The notes under the pieces are model-generated. The model saw only the letters and a program-made list of their open reading frames with translations. It was not told the DNA's origin and made no database searches. From Trypanosoma brucei (Eukaryota), in the NCBI GenBank assembly GCA_000002445.1, contig CH464491.1, forward strand, positions 704,001 through 768,000: a DNA stretch of 64,000 nt, read 5' to 3'. Both the position numbers and the translations under genes were made by a program. Below, one piece after another: positions 20,898 through 31,519 of this stretch; the first letter of the stretch is position 1; every line of letters starts with the position of its first letter.

Positions 20898-23141
20898 TCA
20901 CAAACTTACCTTCCCTACAGAAGGGGGCGCCATCCACCGCGTATAGTCGTCTGCACGTGCATCAGTGGGGAAACCCGTATCATCCAAGGACCGGTTAGCG
21001 AAAAGCATGTAACGACCCAGGCGACGCGCCAGCTGCTTTTTGTCGTTCTGGGTGTCATTGAGTGTTTTTGTGACGTCCGTGACATCGTGTTTGTCCCTCA
21101 GAATAGTGGTCCATTCCTGCTCCACAAAGTTATCAAGCAGCGAGGCAGCCACATTAACCTTTTGCCTATTAACACGTCGCACTGTTTCATTGTGGTACTC
21201 CAGTGCTGTATGATATAGTGCCCGAGCCAGGTAGTAAATACGTTTCTCCAATTCCTTGTGCTTTGCACTCCCTTCCTCTGAAGAATTACGATCCGGTAAC
21301 CCAATATGTAATAAAAAAGAAATGTGTGGATCTTTCTTAATAATTGCTACAAAATGTGGCAACGTTGGCAAGTATGGCGGCATCGTGCGGTCGCGCTCGG
21401 TCACTCGCTGTGTGTGACAGGCTTGAACATCCTCGAAACTATGACGATAGATATCATTTGTTGCTGAATCATACAACTTTAGTGCCTCGACAGCTTTCCG
21501 CGTGAGACGGTCACGCTCCTCCGCCCGTACGGCGCGTGGGTTGAAGTAACTCCAATCGGAGTAGCTGCTAAAGGCGGAGGGACTATCTTCAGCGTGGGTA
21601 CTCCGTAGCAGTTTCTGGAAACTGACAATATCATCCCGATGGTGTTTTTGCTGCAACCTTCGTATATCTTGAGCTCGGGCGTCGATTGAGGTGGCCGTAT
21701 TACGTGGAAGCGACGGAAGCAAATGACCTCGCTTTTCGGCCATGACATTGGCTAGACTCATACCATCGGCAAGCGTGCGCGACGAGTCAGTTGAATATGG
21801 CCTCGTCAAAAACCCATGCGCGCTCGGAAACTTTACAAATGGGTTCTCGGACACTATCAAATTAAATTCACCAAAAAGAAGAACTTTGAGGAGTGGTAAG
21901 TTCTCCTCACAGCGCCATAACATATCAATAGGCGGGTAGGCGCCAGGTAGAACAGGAGGTCGCGCGGGCCTCCCCCTACTACCTTCGGAGGTTTTCTCGC
22001 TGTTTTTCTTGTTATCACTATTACCAATAACGCTACCTTCACCTCCAGGAGGTAATGTGGGGTCAGAGACAGCAGCTGCAGCCGCCACACCGCGTTGTAT
22101 ATCGGCATTCCTTAATAGTTCAACCGCTTTCATTATCTCCGTATCGTCCTTCGGCGGTGGATTGGAAAACAACAAATCAGCTGCATTCGGCTCGCGATGA
22201 CACCGAAGTACCACATGTGCTTCCACTGCGTTATCAATGTAGTACTTCTTCACCAGGTACACATAATAGTAATACGCCTCCAGAGTTGGGCACTTCGCTG
22301 CCAATGGGTGGCTGGAACGATCGTGCCCCTCTCCCCCAGAGCCTGCCATTTCCATCGGTGTCGAAATGGTTGGGGCGAAAACGGTGTCTTCAACTGCGGT
22401 GAAGATGTAGTGAAAGGATGTTGGATATGACGGCTTTCGCTCCGAGAGTATGGCACGGTATAGTAGAGCCTTCTCCCATATCATGTTGCTGTCGAGTGAA
22501 CGCTCCAACACCATTTCCTTAAATAGTTCCACCAGATGGAAGCGGCTACACCTATCAATGTGGATGGCTGGGAAATGTGGTTGGCGCTCGAACAGGTCAA
22601 GCATACCCTGCGCCCTCGCCACTTCGTCCAGGATTGATTGGGCTCTGCGACGCTTCAGTTCACCAGCCAGACGTCTGAAAGAGTGCGCTGGACGAAGAAA
22701 CATACCCGGTGGTGGCGCACCAGGGAGGTTATGATGGTCATTATCGACCGTATCACCGCGGGTGTCTCCTCTTTTCCCCTCCCGCCTGTTAACTGCAGCC
22801 GACAGTTCGCTACTGACGATATTGCCGTTAAATTTTTTCTCTGCTACGGCGCGGGCATCCATATACGTCCCCTTTGCCTTGTAACATCTGTGGAGCCAGT
22901 CTAGGTAGTCTGGTGTATATGCAACTCGCAACGGCCCGGGGTTTGTAATAAGTTTCTCAAACGCTTTCACATCTCGCGCACGCACTCCGCGCTCCATAGC
23001 ATACGAGAAATTGTGAATAGGGTTAAACTGCCCACGGCTGGTTATGTTACGGCACGTCCACACGTAAGCAGAGCCTAAACCAAGTGGCACATCGTCTGCA
23101 CTGCGGTAGCGGCACGTTGAGGCAAAGGAACACCGCCGCAT
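20898..23141 (-). CDS. Conserved hypothetical protein of 747 aa
   Basis: A long ORF with non-repetitive, trypanosomatid-like codon usage, on the same strand as its neighbours. ATG start confirmed. No family was recognised. The minus-strand polypyrimidine tract lies about 450 nt upstream (23580..23650), which implies a long 5'UTR. Confidence 0.6.
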   Translation of the reverse strand: MRRCSFASTCRYRSADDVPLGLGSAYVWTCRNITSRGQFNPIHNFSYAMERGVRARDVKAFEKLITNPGPLRVAYTPDYLDWLHRCYKAKGTYMDARAVAEKKFNGNIVSSELSAAVNRREGKRGDTRGDTVDNDHHNLPGAPPPGMFLRPAHSFRRLAGELKRRRAQSILDEVARAQGMLDLFERQPHFPAIHIDRCSRFHLVELFKEMVLERSLDSNMIWEKALLYRAILSERKPSYPTSFHYIFTAVEDTVFAPTISTPMEMAGSGGEGHDRSSHPLAAKCPTLEAYYYYVYLVKKYYIDNAVEAHVVLRCHREPNAADLLFSNPPPKDDTEIMKAVELLRNADIQRGVAAAAAVSDPTLPPGGEGSVIGNSDNKKNSEKTSEGSRGRPARPPVLPGAYPPIDMLWRCEENLPLLKVLLFGEFNLIVSENPFVKFPSAHGFLTRPYSTDSSRTLADGMSLANVMAEKRGHLLPSLPRNTATSIDARAQDIRRLQQKHHRDDIVSFQKLLRSTHAEDSPSAFSSYSDWSYFNPRAVRAEERDRLTRKAVEALKLYDSATNDIYRHSFEDVQACHTQRVTERDRTMPPYLPTLPHFVAIIKKDPHISFLLHIGLPDRNSSEEGSAKHKELEKRIYYLARALYHTALEYHNETVRRVNRQKVNVAASLLDNFVEQEWTTILRDKHDVTDVTKTLNDTQNDKKQLARRLGRYMLFANRSLDDTGFPTDARADDYTRWMAPPSVGKVSL

Positions 23142-23579
23142 AACCTTGACGTTGCTGTTTTTCGACCCACTTTCCCCCGAAACGGAAGGTACAGAAACCT
23201 TTCACAGATTAAACCCCCTTTTTCCTATCCCACCACCGTATCCACGCTGCGGTCCACCACTTAGGATGACACCTGCCTAATACTGGCCTCGCAGTTATTA
23301 TCCAACTCTCGATGTTTAGCTGGTTATGTTTTTCTCAATTAACGGTAACAGATCCTAGAGTGGCACTCGGTAAGCTTGCCGACAGGTTTCCCTAAGTGAA
23401 CAGTGCACCGGCTGCCGCGGCAGGAGCCACAATTTTTATTTTTTCAGGAGTTATTGGCGCCCTCCCTAAACCCTTAAATGCGCAGATCTGTACTATATGG
23501 GACTCAACAGTGTGCCAGTATTGCTGTAACAAAGGTGCTGGTGCGAATTAACACGCATAGACACACGCCCGCGCATTCC

Positions 23580-23650
23580 AACGTTACAGGTCGATACGGA
23601 GGAAGTAGAAGAAAGAAAAAAAACAAAAAAGGGGGAAATGGAAGGGCTTG
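23580..23650 (-). promoter_or_regulatory. Polypyrimidine tract, candidate trans-splice signal for gene 20898..23141
   Basis: The + strand reads cgatacggaggaagtagaagaaagaaaaaaaacaaaaaagggggaaatggaagggc. Its minus-strand complement is a tract of about 55 nt that is over 85% pyrimidine. Confidence 0.4.
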
Positions 23651-24414
23651 TGATCAGCTACACAACTCGTTGGGCAAACTATGCCTTCTGGGCATGCTCA
23701 AGAAAATACAGAGATCAACATTTGGGGAATGTTTCAAATGAGGTACGCAGCGCACGGCACACGTACGGTTGTGGCGAGGGGCACACCTTCAACGGTGAGG
23801 AGGAAAGGGGGTGATAGAGGACAGGTAGTGCTCCTCTTGAAAATGAAGCTATCGAGAGGTTAGTGTTGGATGCATCACCGGTTTTAACCCCCGTACGGTT
23901 ACCCAAACGCCGGGACCGCAATCTGTACATAAAATGTTGGAGCGCGGAGAAGAGAGGTCACGAAATGCCTGCCGTAGTCAATATAACAAACGAGTCACAA
24001 CTGTAAAACAAACAAAAAGAAAGCACACAAAAAGCACCACTGAACCATTCAACTCCCTCCGGTGCTACACCCATCAATGTTGTTCCCGTCTCTTCTAGGC
24101 GATTGTTTTACACCAAAAAGGAATCCGTAGAGTTCGGCGAGTACTGACCCAGACGAATAATACGTCTCACTTCCATTCTATATATATATATATATACTTT
24201 TTGTAAATTGGGAATACTCTTCACCCTCTATTCAATTACCGCAACCCTCTCCTATCTAATTTCCTTGTATTCTTCTTCTCTTTCCACTTGCATCCACAAC
24301 TTTCACAATCCCAATACACCACCTACGGCTGCAACATAAGGGACCTCCCCTCCCCTTGTGTCCGGATACATATAAACAAGCTCATAAACACATATACAAT
24401 CACACCAGTAGATT

Positions 24415-25308
24415 CTACAGTTCAAAGGCAATGTCATGGTTTATATTCCCGTCCCCCATGTAGACCGTACCGTGTTTGTTCGTTTCCGGTACGTGATAGA
24501 AGACAGACCCAATGAATTTTGCGCTCATCCCCAAGACGACATTGCGAACGGGGTCGTACCGCAATCTCCACACACCACCAGGTAGATCATCACTGATTGG
24601 AAAGAAGATGGCATCAATGTCCTGGTCTTCCCCTAACCGCTCTAGTCCAGACTTCTCGTGCGTTTGCGTTCCCTGATTCCGCGCGAGTAACTGAAGGTAG
24701 GGATCCTCCGACCGCAGGTGGTAGTAATTGCGCAACGAAAGTGCCTCCTCAAAAGTGCGCTTGAGCCCTGCAAAGGCAATGTTTCGTTTAATCTCTGATG
24801 GGAGTTCGGTATTTCGCTGTTCTCGGTAGTAAGCACCACGCGGGGCTACGCGGCAGTGGTAATCGTGTGCCTCAACAAATAGCACGAGCCGTAGTGACTC
24901 CTTGTAACTCGCCGTGCTTCCCGTTAACTCATCGACCACACGATATTCATATGATGGATCACCCATGAAGGGGCCTCGCAGCTTGTACATGAGGGCTTGC
25001 TTATGCTTTGCTGTTTGTGTCATGTCCATACTCTTAGGGAATAGCGAGTCTGTGGTGCCGAGGTACACAAAGGAGTAGCCACCGTCCGTGGAGTAGTAAA
25101 TGACGGGCTGTGCGACAAGGTCGTCATCAAACGCCTGAAGGATAATATAATCGCTTTTAAACCCGTAAACTTTCCCCCACAGAATCATGTTGCGCCGCTT
25201 GCACTTCACTGTGAGTAGTGGAAGTGATGTTGCGAGTGCAACCCGTTCACTAGTGGAAAAGACATGCCCTGTTGCGTGGGCAAATGCAAAAATATCAGCC
25301 AGTGACAT
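24415..25308 (-). CDS. RSP9: Radial spoke head protein 9 homologue (axonemal)
   Basis: Clear similarity to my recollection of RSPH9. RVALATSLPLLTVKCKRRNMILWGKVYGFKSDYIILQAF matches RASLLTSLMLVK...VLFWGRILGLVADYYIAQGL. KLRGPFMGDPSYEYRV matches KGRFMGDPSYEYEH. HVPETNKHGTVYMGDGNINHDIAFEL matches HAPRTKNYGYVYVGTGEKNMDLPFML. The track ORF extends 52 codons upstream from a TTG start; the first ATG is at 25306..25308 and gives about 297 aa. Confidence 0.7.
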   Translation of the reverse strand: MSLADIFAFAHATGHVFSTSERVALATSLPLLTVKCKRRNMILWGKVYGFKSDYIILQAFDDDLVAQPVIYYSTDGGYSFVYLGTTDSLFPKSMDMTQTAKHKQALMYKLRGPFMGDPSYEYRVVDELTGSTASYKESLRLVLFVEAHDYHCRVAPRGAYYREQRNTELPSEIKRNIAFAGLKRTFEEALSLRNYYHLRSEDPYLQLLARNQGTQTHEKSGLERLGEDQDIDAIFFPISDDLPGGVWRLRYDPVRNVVLGMSAKFIGSVFYHVPETNKHGTVYMGDGNINHDIAFEL

Positions 25309-25654
25309 AAGTAGCGCTACACAAGTTAAAAGGTAAAGGATTCCAAGGCACCAAAGATAGCAGATGATGGAAGAGGAGAGATGAATAAGTGATATATTAA
25401 CACGGTTCAAAGCAAGTGAAGGCAGGAGAGAGACAGCACTCAAGCGGGTGCAACACGTCCCCAAAAAGCAAGAAGTGCACCGTCATTAACACTCACAAAA
25501 AAATGTATCCACATGGATGGGATACATGGTCAGTAGAAATCGTACACATCGCGCACGAAAAAAGCGATTCCGTTGCGCAAGTTTCAACTGTTATACGTCT
25601 TGCATTGACTTTCCATTTGACAGCTGCCAATAGTGAAAAGTTGCCCGAGGGCAA

Positions 25655-27178
25655 TCAAAGAGTGGGTCGGAAAACATCGCGCACACCTCTATGACTTATG
25701 GAAAAACAACACTGTCCCTGCGGCTGTGCGGGGCTTTTTACGAGCCGTGCCACACGGTGCTGAGCTGCATGAAGCCGCTTGCTACCACTTCCGCCATCAG
25801 AATCGTTGCAGCTGGTGGTACTATCCTGTCCTGACGGCATCACGAACACCATGTTGTCATGGCACTTCTCTCCTCGCTTTTCTATTTCATTGTGATGCAG
25901 CACATCGTGCTGATGAGTAAGAAGAAGACGTGTGGAGAGGGCGTACGCCCATGAATCGCCTAGAGCTGGCACAAGAGTCCGGAAACCGCCATCCACACCA
26001 CGAATATCCCCCATACGTGTTGCCATTTGATTACTCACTACAATACAGAGGTTCAACTCTCGTGCATGATCCTGCAGTAGCTGTCCACATCTGAATAGCA
26101 ACCTTGCGCGCTGCCAGCCAAGTTGTCTAGACGTCGGAATGCCACTGTTCATGCCGGTTGAGTCATCAACGCCGGCCACGCTCTTGCCCACCGCCCCGTG
26201 ACTTTCAGTAACGCCACCACTGTTGGAGTTGACGTTCAACTGCAATAAAGAGCGAAAGGGAAATGCGATAGAGTCGATGATCACCATTCGGATCCCTGGG
26301 TGGGAGGCAATGTACGCGGGAAGTCCGTTCAGCAGTGCCATAAGAGACACTACATCCAACACGCGAACGTACTGTGTTCGCTGAAGAATATAATCTACTG
26401 TGAAAGAGCCAACTATTGCACCAAGCGGGGGTGGGACCGCAGCCTCAACCCTTCCCCTCTTGCGAGATTCTACTGAGGACGTGGTGCACGTCTGCTCTGC
26501 TGTCACCTCATTCATCGCACCATTGAGGAAAGATGCCTGCCTCACACCGTTTTCCTCGTTTGTCACCCCAACATTACCTGCTCCGAGTCCTTCTTTCTCA
26601 CGTTGTAGTACGATTTCCCTCACATGCCCCACGGCAGCTGATGCAATCTCCCGAAACCGTTCAGGTAAAAAGCTCCCCTCCGTGTCAATAAACAAACACC
26701 CGCCCTGTAACCCACCAAGTTCCTTCGGCAAAACGCAATTCACCGCCAGCTGCATTGACAGTTGTGTTTTACCAACTCCCGGGGGTCCACAAATCTCCGT
26801 AAGGGTTCCCACTTGCAATCCACCACCCAAAAGAATATCAAGACTCCGGCAAAGTGTTGTTACATTTTCTATGCCCTTGGTTGCCTCAGCATCGAGCAAT
26901 TCTCGTAACGTACGAATAGCAGGAGTCCTGCAAACAGCGGAAGGTAAAACGACTCGAGCCGTCTCAATCGCCTCTGTGTGTGTGAGTTGTGAACAATTCT
27001 GCTGTAGGCGCTTCGCCGCAGCATTGAGGTGAGAGTCATCCAAAAACTTTCCTACGTTGAATGTTGTTTCAACACCGCCTTGAGCACACCGACATAAATC
27101 TCTAAGCCACAGGAAACCGGCGTTTTGCAATTTTGCCTTTAGGGAAGGGGTAAGTGAGGAGCATTGCTCCACGGACAT
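25655..27178 (-). CDS. RAD51 paralogue, XRCC3/RAD51C-like RecA-fold recombination mediator
   Basis: Walker A GPPGVGKTQLSMQLAVN resembles XRCC3 GPAGVGKTQLALQL. It is followed by GGCLFIDTEGSFLPERF and the Walker B stretch MVIIDSIAFPFR. An N-terminal helical region and a C-terminal extension are also present. ATG start confirmed. Confidence 0.75.
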   Translation of the reverse strand: MSVEQCSSLTPSLKAKLQNAGFLWLRDLCRCAQGGVETTFNVGKFLDDSHLNAAAKRLQQNCSQLTHTEAIETARVVLPSAVCRTPAIRTLRELLDAEATKGIENVTTLCRSLDILLGGGLQVGTLTEICGPPGVGKTQLSMQLAVNCVLPKELGGLQGGCLFIDTEGSFLPERFREIASAAVGHVREIVLQREKEGLGAGNVGVTNEENGVRQASFLNGAMNEVTAEQTCTTSSVESRKRGRVEAAVPPPLGAIVGSFTVDYILQRTQYVRVLDVVSLMALLNGLPAYIASHPGIRMVIIDSIAFPFRSLLQLNVNSNSGGVTESHGAVGKSVAGVDDSTGMNSGIPTSRQLGWQRARLLFRCGQLLQDHARELNLCIVVSNQMATRMGDIRGVDGGFRTLVPALGDSWAYALSTRLLLTHQHDVLHHNEIEKRGEKCHDNMVFVMPSGQDSTTSCNDSDGGSGSKRLHAAQHRVARLVKSPAQPQGQCCFSISHRGVRDVFRPTL

Positions 27179-27532
27179 TTGTCACCCTCTATTGTTTGCT
27201 GGCTACAAAAGTAACGCAGCGTGAAAATGTGAGAAAAGAGAAATGTGGTTGAAAACGAAGTTTGCCTTCGGGAGAGGCCAAAGGAAAGGTAGCTACCAAT
27301 GAAATAAATAAGGCGTGCGAAGAACGCATTGCAATTTATGGTATTTCCTGAAATTTGAACACGGAGGAATTTATTTCCCTTCCCTCCCGGGAACCCCGCC
27401 ATACAGTTACTGCCTCTCGCTCGTCCCCTCTGCGGTTCTTTTTATGAGTATACAACACAAATCCAAGCCGCCATCAGTGGATGCACCACCGCATTCGCAC
27501 TTCCCTTTCCTCCTTTTCCTCTTCCCTCCATC

Positions 27533-28762
27533 TCAACAAAAAAAACTTTTTTGCAACTCCATAGGTAATGGCCACGACCTGTACTGTGACAAACAGTCAC
27601 GTTGAAGCATCAAACAAACCGCGAAGAACTTACTGCCATGTGCGCTACACAGAGATGTAGAGGAGACGGTTGGGTGCACATGGGAGCAAGTTTCTGCCGC
27701 AGTGCCGTCACAGCCAACGGGCGCCGCATCCATAGTAACTACGGGGCGCCACACATTTTGAAGTTGCATTTCCACAAGTCTTCGGCGCACGACCATGTGG
27801 AGCATCACCTGAGTAAACAAAAAAACGAACGGTGGGAATGGAACAAGGACCTCGCTCCCCCCATGAAATCCGTGTGCGATACGCTGATACAGGCGAGGAC
27901 AATTGTCAGTTTCCACCCAATTGGCCATGCGCGATATCGTGTAAAAAAAATCTATCCTGTACCCTCCCGTCTCGTCCAGCACATCTGATGTATATCCCAC
28001 CTCTTCTGCGCAGTGCAAAACCCTCTCCAAAATCATTACTGACTTGCTGGCGGAGGGCCCATCTTGTGTATAGAGATAATATAATAATGTACACGCTAAC
28101 AACACATCACCGTCAGCCAAGGGCACGAAGGTATTGTGGTCATTACCACAAATCAATGTGTGTGCAACTGTGGAGCACAGAACAACATCCTCACTATTTT
28201 TACCCTTCTCCATGCCACTGTCAGGAATACTGTTACTCTGGCGGACACTCCGCTGTTCACACTCTCGGCTATACGTTTCCAAGAGCTTATGCGATTCAGC
28301 AAAAGACATACCGCAGATAAGCAATTCCAAATCATTAAGAATCACAGCTACGCACAAGCACAGCATGCAAACGCGTGCACAAAGTTTATCCATTTGGGTA
28401 CAGCCATTCGATGCCTCAGTTGTCTGAAGAGAGGGAGTGCTACCAGCCCAGGCACAAAATTGTTCAAATGATTGCGTATCCACCCCTTCGCGGACTACAC
28501 GTCCTGATTGCGCCGTCATCTCCTGCATAACTGCCCTTAATTGACTCGCCAGTTCCTCTAACTTACGGGCAGCCTTGCGCTTTGTCGTCTGCTGAAGAAT
28601 TCCCTTCACATCAGTTTCAGTAACCAGTTGCTCCAATAATTCGTACCACTGTGTTGTGGCGTCTACTGTGGACTCTTCCAACTGCGCCAGCGAGCGTAAT
28701 TTCACCGGTATACTGCGTGTGTACGGGCGGCGAATCCATTCCTCTTTTTTTTCATCTGTCAT
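27533..28762 (-). CDS. Conserved hypothetical protein of about 409 aa
   Basis: The track ORF starts at a GTG at 28831; the first ATG is at 28760..28762 (MTDEKKEEW). The N-terminus is predicted helical and may be a coiled coil. No family was recognised. A cyclin-like fold is possible but I cannot support it. Confidence 0.5.
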   Translation of the reverse strand: MTDEKKEEWIRRPYTRSIPVKLRSLAQLEESTVDATTQWYELLEQLVTETDVKGILQQTTKRKAARKLEELASQLRAVMQEMTAQSGRVVREGVDTQSFEQFCAWAGSTPSLQTTEASNGCTQMDKLCARVCMLCLCVAVILNDLELLICGMSFAESHKLLETYSRECEQRSVRQSNSIPDSGMEKGKNSEDVVLCSTVAHTLICGNDHNTFVPLADGDVLLACTLLYYLYTQDGPSASKSVMILERVLHCAEEVGYTSDVLDETGGYRIDFFYTISRMANWVETDNCPRLYQRIAHGFHGGSEVLVPFPPFVFLFTQVMLHMVVRRRLVEMQLQNVWRPVVTMDAAPVGCDGTAAETCSHVHPTVSSTSLCSAHGSKFFAVCLMLQRDCLSQYRSWPLPMELQKSFFC

Positions 28763-28872
28763 CCCACAGCAGGAGAGGCAAGTGATGGGAATACACGGGA
28801 AGTCGGAGCAGTAAATTATCCCCACCTGCACACCCCCTTTGGTTGTTGGTTGTGAACCTTATATTGAGTGTT

Positions 28873-28898
28873 TGTGTGTGTGTGTGTGTGTGTGTGTG
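28873..28898. repeat. (TG)n microsatellite
   Basis: A (tg)13 run is followed by a G-rich stretch (gggagggggg). Confidence 0.9.
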
Positions 28899-29575
28899 GA
28901 GGGAGGGGGGTATAAAAAAGAAGAGCAAAAAATAAATAGACGTGGTGAACGCAAAGATACAGTGAGTGGAAGATAGAAAAGTGCAGAAAGAGTGCATCAA
29001 CCATGGTCAGTTTATGCAACCACACAACTGCTTTTCTGCATTACCAACAAAGTTGAGTGCGCCTTTCATTCATACAGGAAGCAATGCACTTTCCGCGATA
29101 CCGCCATCTATAGGGTCCTAGAGAGGTGGGAGGTGCAGAGAAGAAAGAAAAAGGCAGAGGAACATTATGGCACCATATTGGCATGCCGAGGAAAGAGAAA
29201 GCACGAAACATGGGCACCGGTGAAGGAAGAAGGCAGAAAAAAAAATGAAAAAGCGAAGTCACCGTAGCGAGATGGTTTATGAAGGAGAGGTAAGGTGAGG
29301 TAAACATTTGGTGGTATGGCAATATCGCTATTAGAGGTCGCGTGAGCATACCTTTACCTTCAGATATACATTTCTAAATTACTATTTTCTTTTTTTTTTT
29401 TTCCTCCTGTCTCCATCATATCATTCTTGACTAATAATACAAACTGCTTCAATACATAACAAGCACCGCCCCTTTGCTTTTTGCATTAATTCCACTTCTC
29501 TCACCACAACTTATGCCGAGTGATTGCCGTCCCATCCAAAACTATATTTGCTGTACGCCGATGGTGAGGACTCAA

Positions 29576-29616
29576 ACACACACATACACATACACACACA
29601 CGCACACACACACGCA
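29576..29616. repeat. Imperfect (CA)n microsatellite
   Basis: The run acacacacatacacatacacacacacgcacacacacacgc is directly visible. Confidence 0.85.
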
Positions 29617-29797
29617 AAGACAAATGGACGACGACAAAAAAGGCAGACAAAGTCAACAAAAGTCAGCACGGAGTGAACTGACTAATGCAACCAACGCGGC
29701 AAGGTAGTAGCTGAGTGCGATATCACATCGGTACAAAAAGTCTCAAAAAGGAGGGGTAAGGGATCTTAAGGGTCAGAAGGCGTTGTGCTTCGATTTA

Positions 29798-31519
29798 TTA
29801 GTAATCCTTCAAAACGTGTAGCATCATGAGGCAGAACTCATCGTAGTGGAGCCTTCCACGAACCTTAAACGCGTATTTGTGTAACATCTCCGACGCTCGT
29901 GCCCTAACCGCGTCATCTTGCATTGCCTCTTTCAAGTTACAATAACGTCGCAACACTGCGCTAAGGGTGGCTCGGTTCCCTTCCACTGATTTCAGTTCAT
30001 CAGACACCGGTAGGAACCCTGAACCACCCTTGACAGAACAAAAGGTGGATGGTTGGCACATTAAACTGACTTGCTCCATGTCATCACCACTCTGCAATCC
30101 TTTACTATGAGGAGAATCGACCTTTTCACTACCTTGCTTGTTGTACACTCCAACACTTAAAGCTTCTCGGTACGCGGCTAACATCTTCATTGCCCCATTT
30201 CTGTCCTCGTATACCCCTAGTGGATCCAATTGTCGGAGAACCTTGACAACTTCTTGCTCAGTGACGTAGCCTCTCCTCATCACATCCAGTTTAGTAAACA
30301 ACGCATGTGCGGTCACTTCGTCGACAAGGCCTTTATCCGTCACGAAGCTCTCGATTAGGGCGCTGATATCCTGCAACCTCGCTTCACGCGCTGCGAGTTC
30401 TAATGCTTCCTTATTCAGCACCTTTTCCTCTTCGTCCACTTGATGAACACTGAGAGTTCGCCCACCAGTGGGAGAGAAGAATGGATTGTGCTCAATTATA
30501 TCTGAGCCTTCATCCACTGCTTTAGTTTCAGCAGCGGCACTCTCACCTGAAATTGTTTTACCACCATCTATATTAGTAGTGGGGCGCCTGCCAGCACTCG
30601 TCACGGAGACACGCGGTTGCGGAAGATCTGCTGCTTTTCCAACCGCTGATACCCCAACATACTCCTGCTCCTTCTGTTGGCTCTCCGATGCCGCCGCAGC
30701 TGCCGCAGCAGCCGCAGAAGCTGCAGCAGCGGCCACCAATCTCGCACCTTGAAAGTCATCCTCAAGTCGATGGTTCAACATTTCCTGGTGCTTGAGTTCA
30801 CGTCTGGTGTGTGACCAGGCATCAAGGGCCTTTTCCATGATCCTCAAAATTTCGGGACGCTCAAGTACTTTGCCCCTGTTCACAGACAGACGGCACACAG
30901 CCTCTTCTAGGTCATGATACGCGGAGTCATACATTGCCTCGACAGACCGCTTTATGCGCGGAAGGGCTATCGAAAGAAGATACTCGGAAGCCGCCAGAAC
31001 AGTTCGTTCTACATACTGCTGCCAAAAGTGCTTGATATCATTGAATAAAACTTCATCCTTCGTACTCGCCGTTCCCTCAGGTGGGAGAGCCACGTCTACT
31101 GTGAAGTTAGTGGAAACATCTACGAAACACTTGTTAGGGTTAGTTGTCACTCTGGTAACAGTGAATGTCGTAACGGCGCTTTTTAGTACACGTGTTCCAT
31201 CGAAGCCGAAAGGTGAGCGCCGCCTATCATCACATGCACATGGCAAATACTCCATGCGAGAAATCATTTGATGAGCTCCATTAGTTACCTCTATGAGTTT
31301 TTCGCGAAGCACTTTGTCCACGTACATTGGAATGTTGAGTGTTATGCGGCGCACGGCTCCAATGTCCGTTGGCTTGCAGGCATTCTCCTGTAAGCAACAT
31401 GTCATAAGTCCCGAGACACCAAATTCCTTCATAAACATAACATCAGAAAAAAGAGATGCTGCCGCACATGGCGGGACACCGACAACAGTTGATGCGTTGC
31501 AGGTTCCTGTCGCCACCAT
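29798..31519 (-). CDS. Hypothetical protein of 573 aa with an internal poly-Ala tract and a C-terminal pair of EF-hand-like helices
   Basis: ATG start confirmed. The tract AAAAASAAAAAAAAAS is encoded by a (GCN)n run at about 30690..30745. The C-terminal segments FTKLDVMRRGYVTEQEVVKVL and HKYAFKVRGRLHYDEFCLMMLHVL resemble degenerate EF-hands. Confidence 0.55.
   Translation of the reverse strand: MVATGTCNASTVVGVPPCAAASLFSDVMFMKEFGVSGLMTCCLQENACKPTDIGAVRRITLNIPMYVDKVLREKLIEVTNGAHQMISRMEYLPCACDDRRRSPFGFDGTRVLKSAVTTFTVTRVTTNPNKCFVDVSTNFTVDVALPPEGTASTKDEVLFNDIKHFWQQYVERTVLAASEYLLSIALPRIKRSVEAMYDSAYHDLEEAVCRLSVNRGKVLERPEILRIMEKALDAWSHTRRELKHQEMLNHRLEDDFQGARLVAAAAASAAAAAAAAASESQQKEQEYVGVSAVGKAADLPQPRVSVTSAGRRPTTNIDGGKTISGESAAAETKAVDEGSDIIEHNPFFSPTGGRTLSVHQVDEEEKVLNKEALELAAREARLQDISALIESFVTDKGLVDEVTAHALFTKLDVMRRGYVTEQEVVKVLRQLDPLGVYEDRNGAMKMLAAYREALSVGVYNKQGSEKVDSPHSKGLQSGDDMEQVSLMCQPSTFCSVKGGSGFLPVSDELKSVEGNRATLSAVLRRYCNLKEAMQDDAVRARASEMLHKYAFKVRGRLHYDEFCLMMLHVLKDY

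Noticed and set aside
23360-23430. A possible tRNA gene (A-box-like tagagtgg)
   Set aside because: I found no B-box (GGTTCGANTCC) or its complement nearby, and the surrounding sequence cannot be folded into a cloverleaf by eye. It is kept only as part of the candidate ncRNA region described in the findings.
26400-27032. A 210-aa plus-strand ORF antisense to the RAD51 paralogue
   Set aside because: An antisense artefact within a strongly supported CDS, with a low-complexity Ser/Pro/Ala/Thr-rich product.
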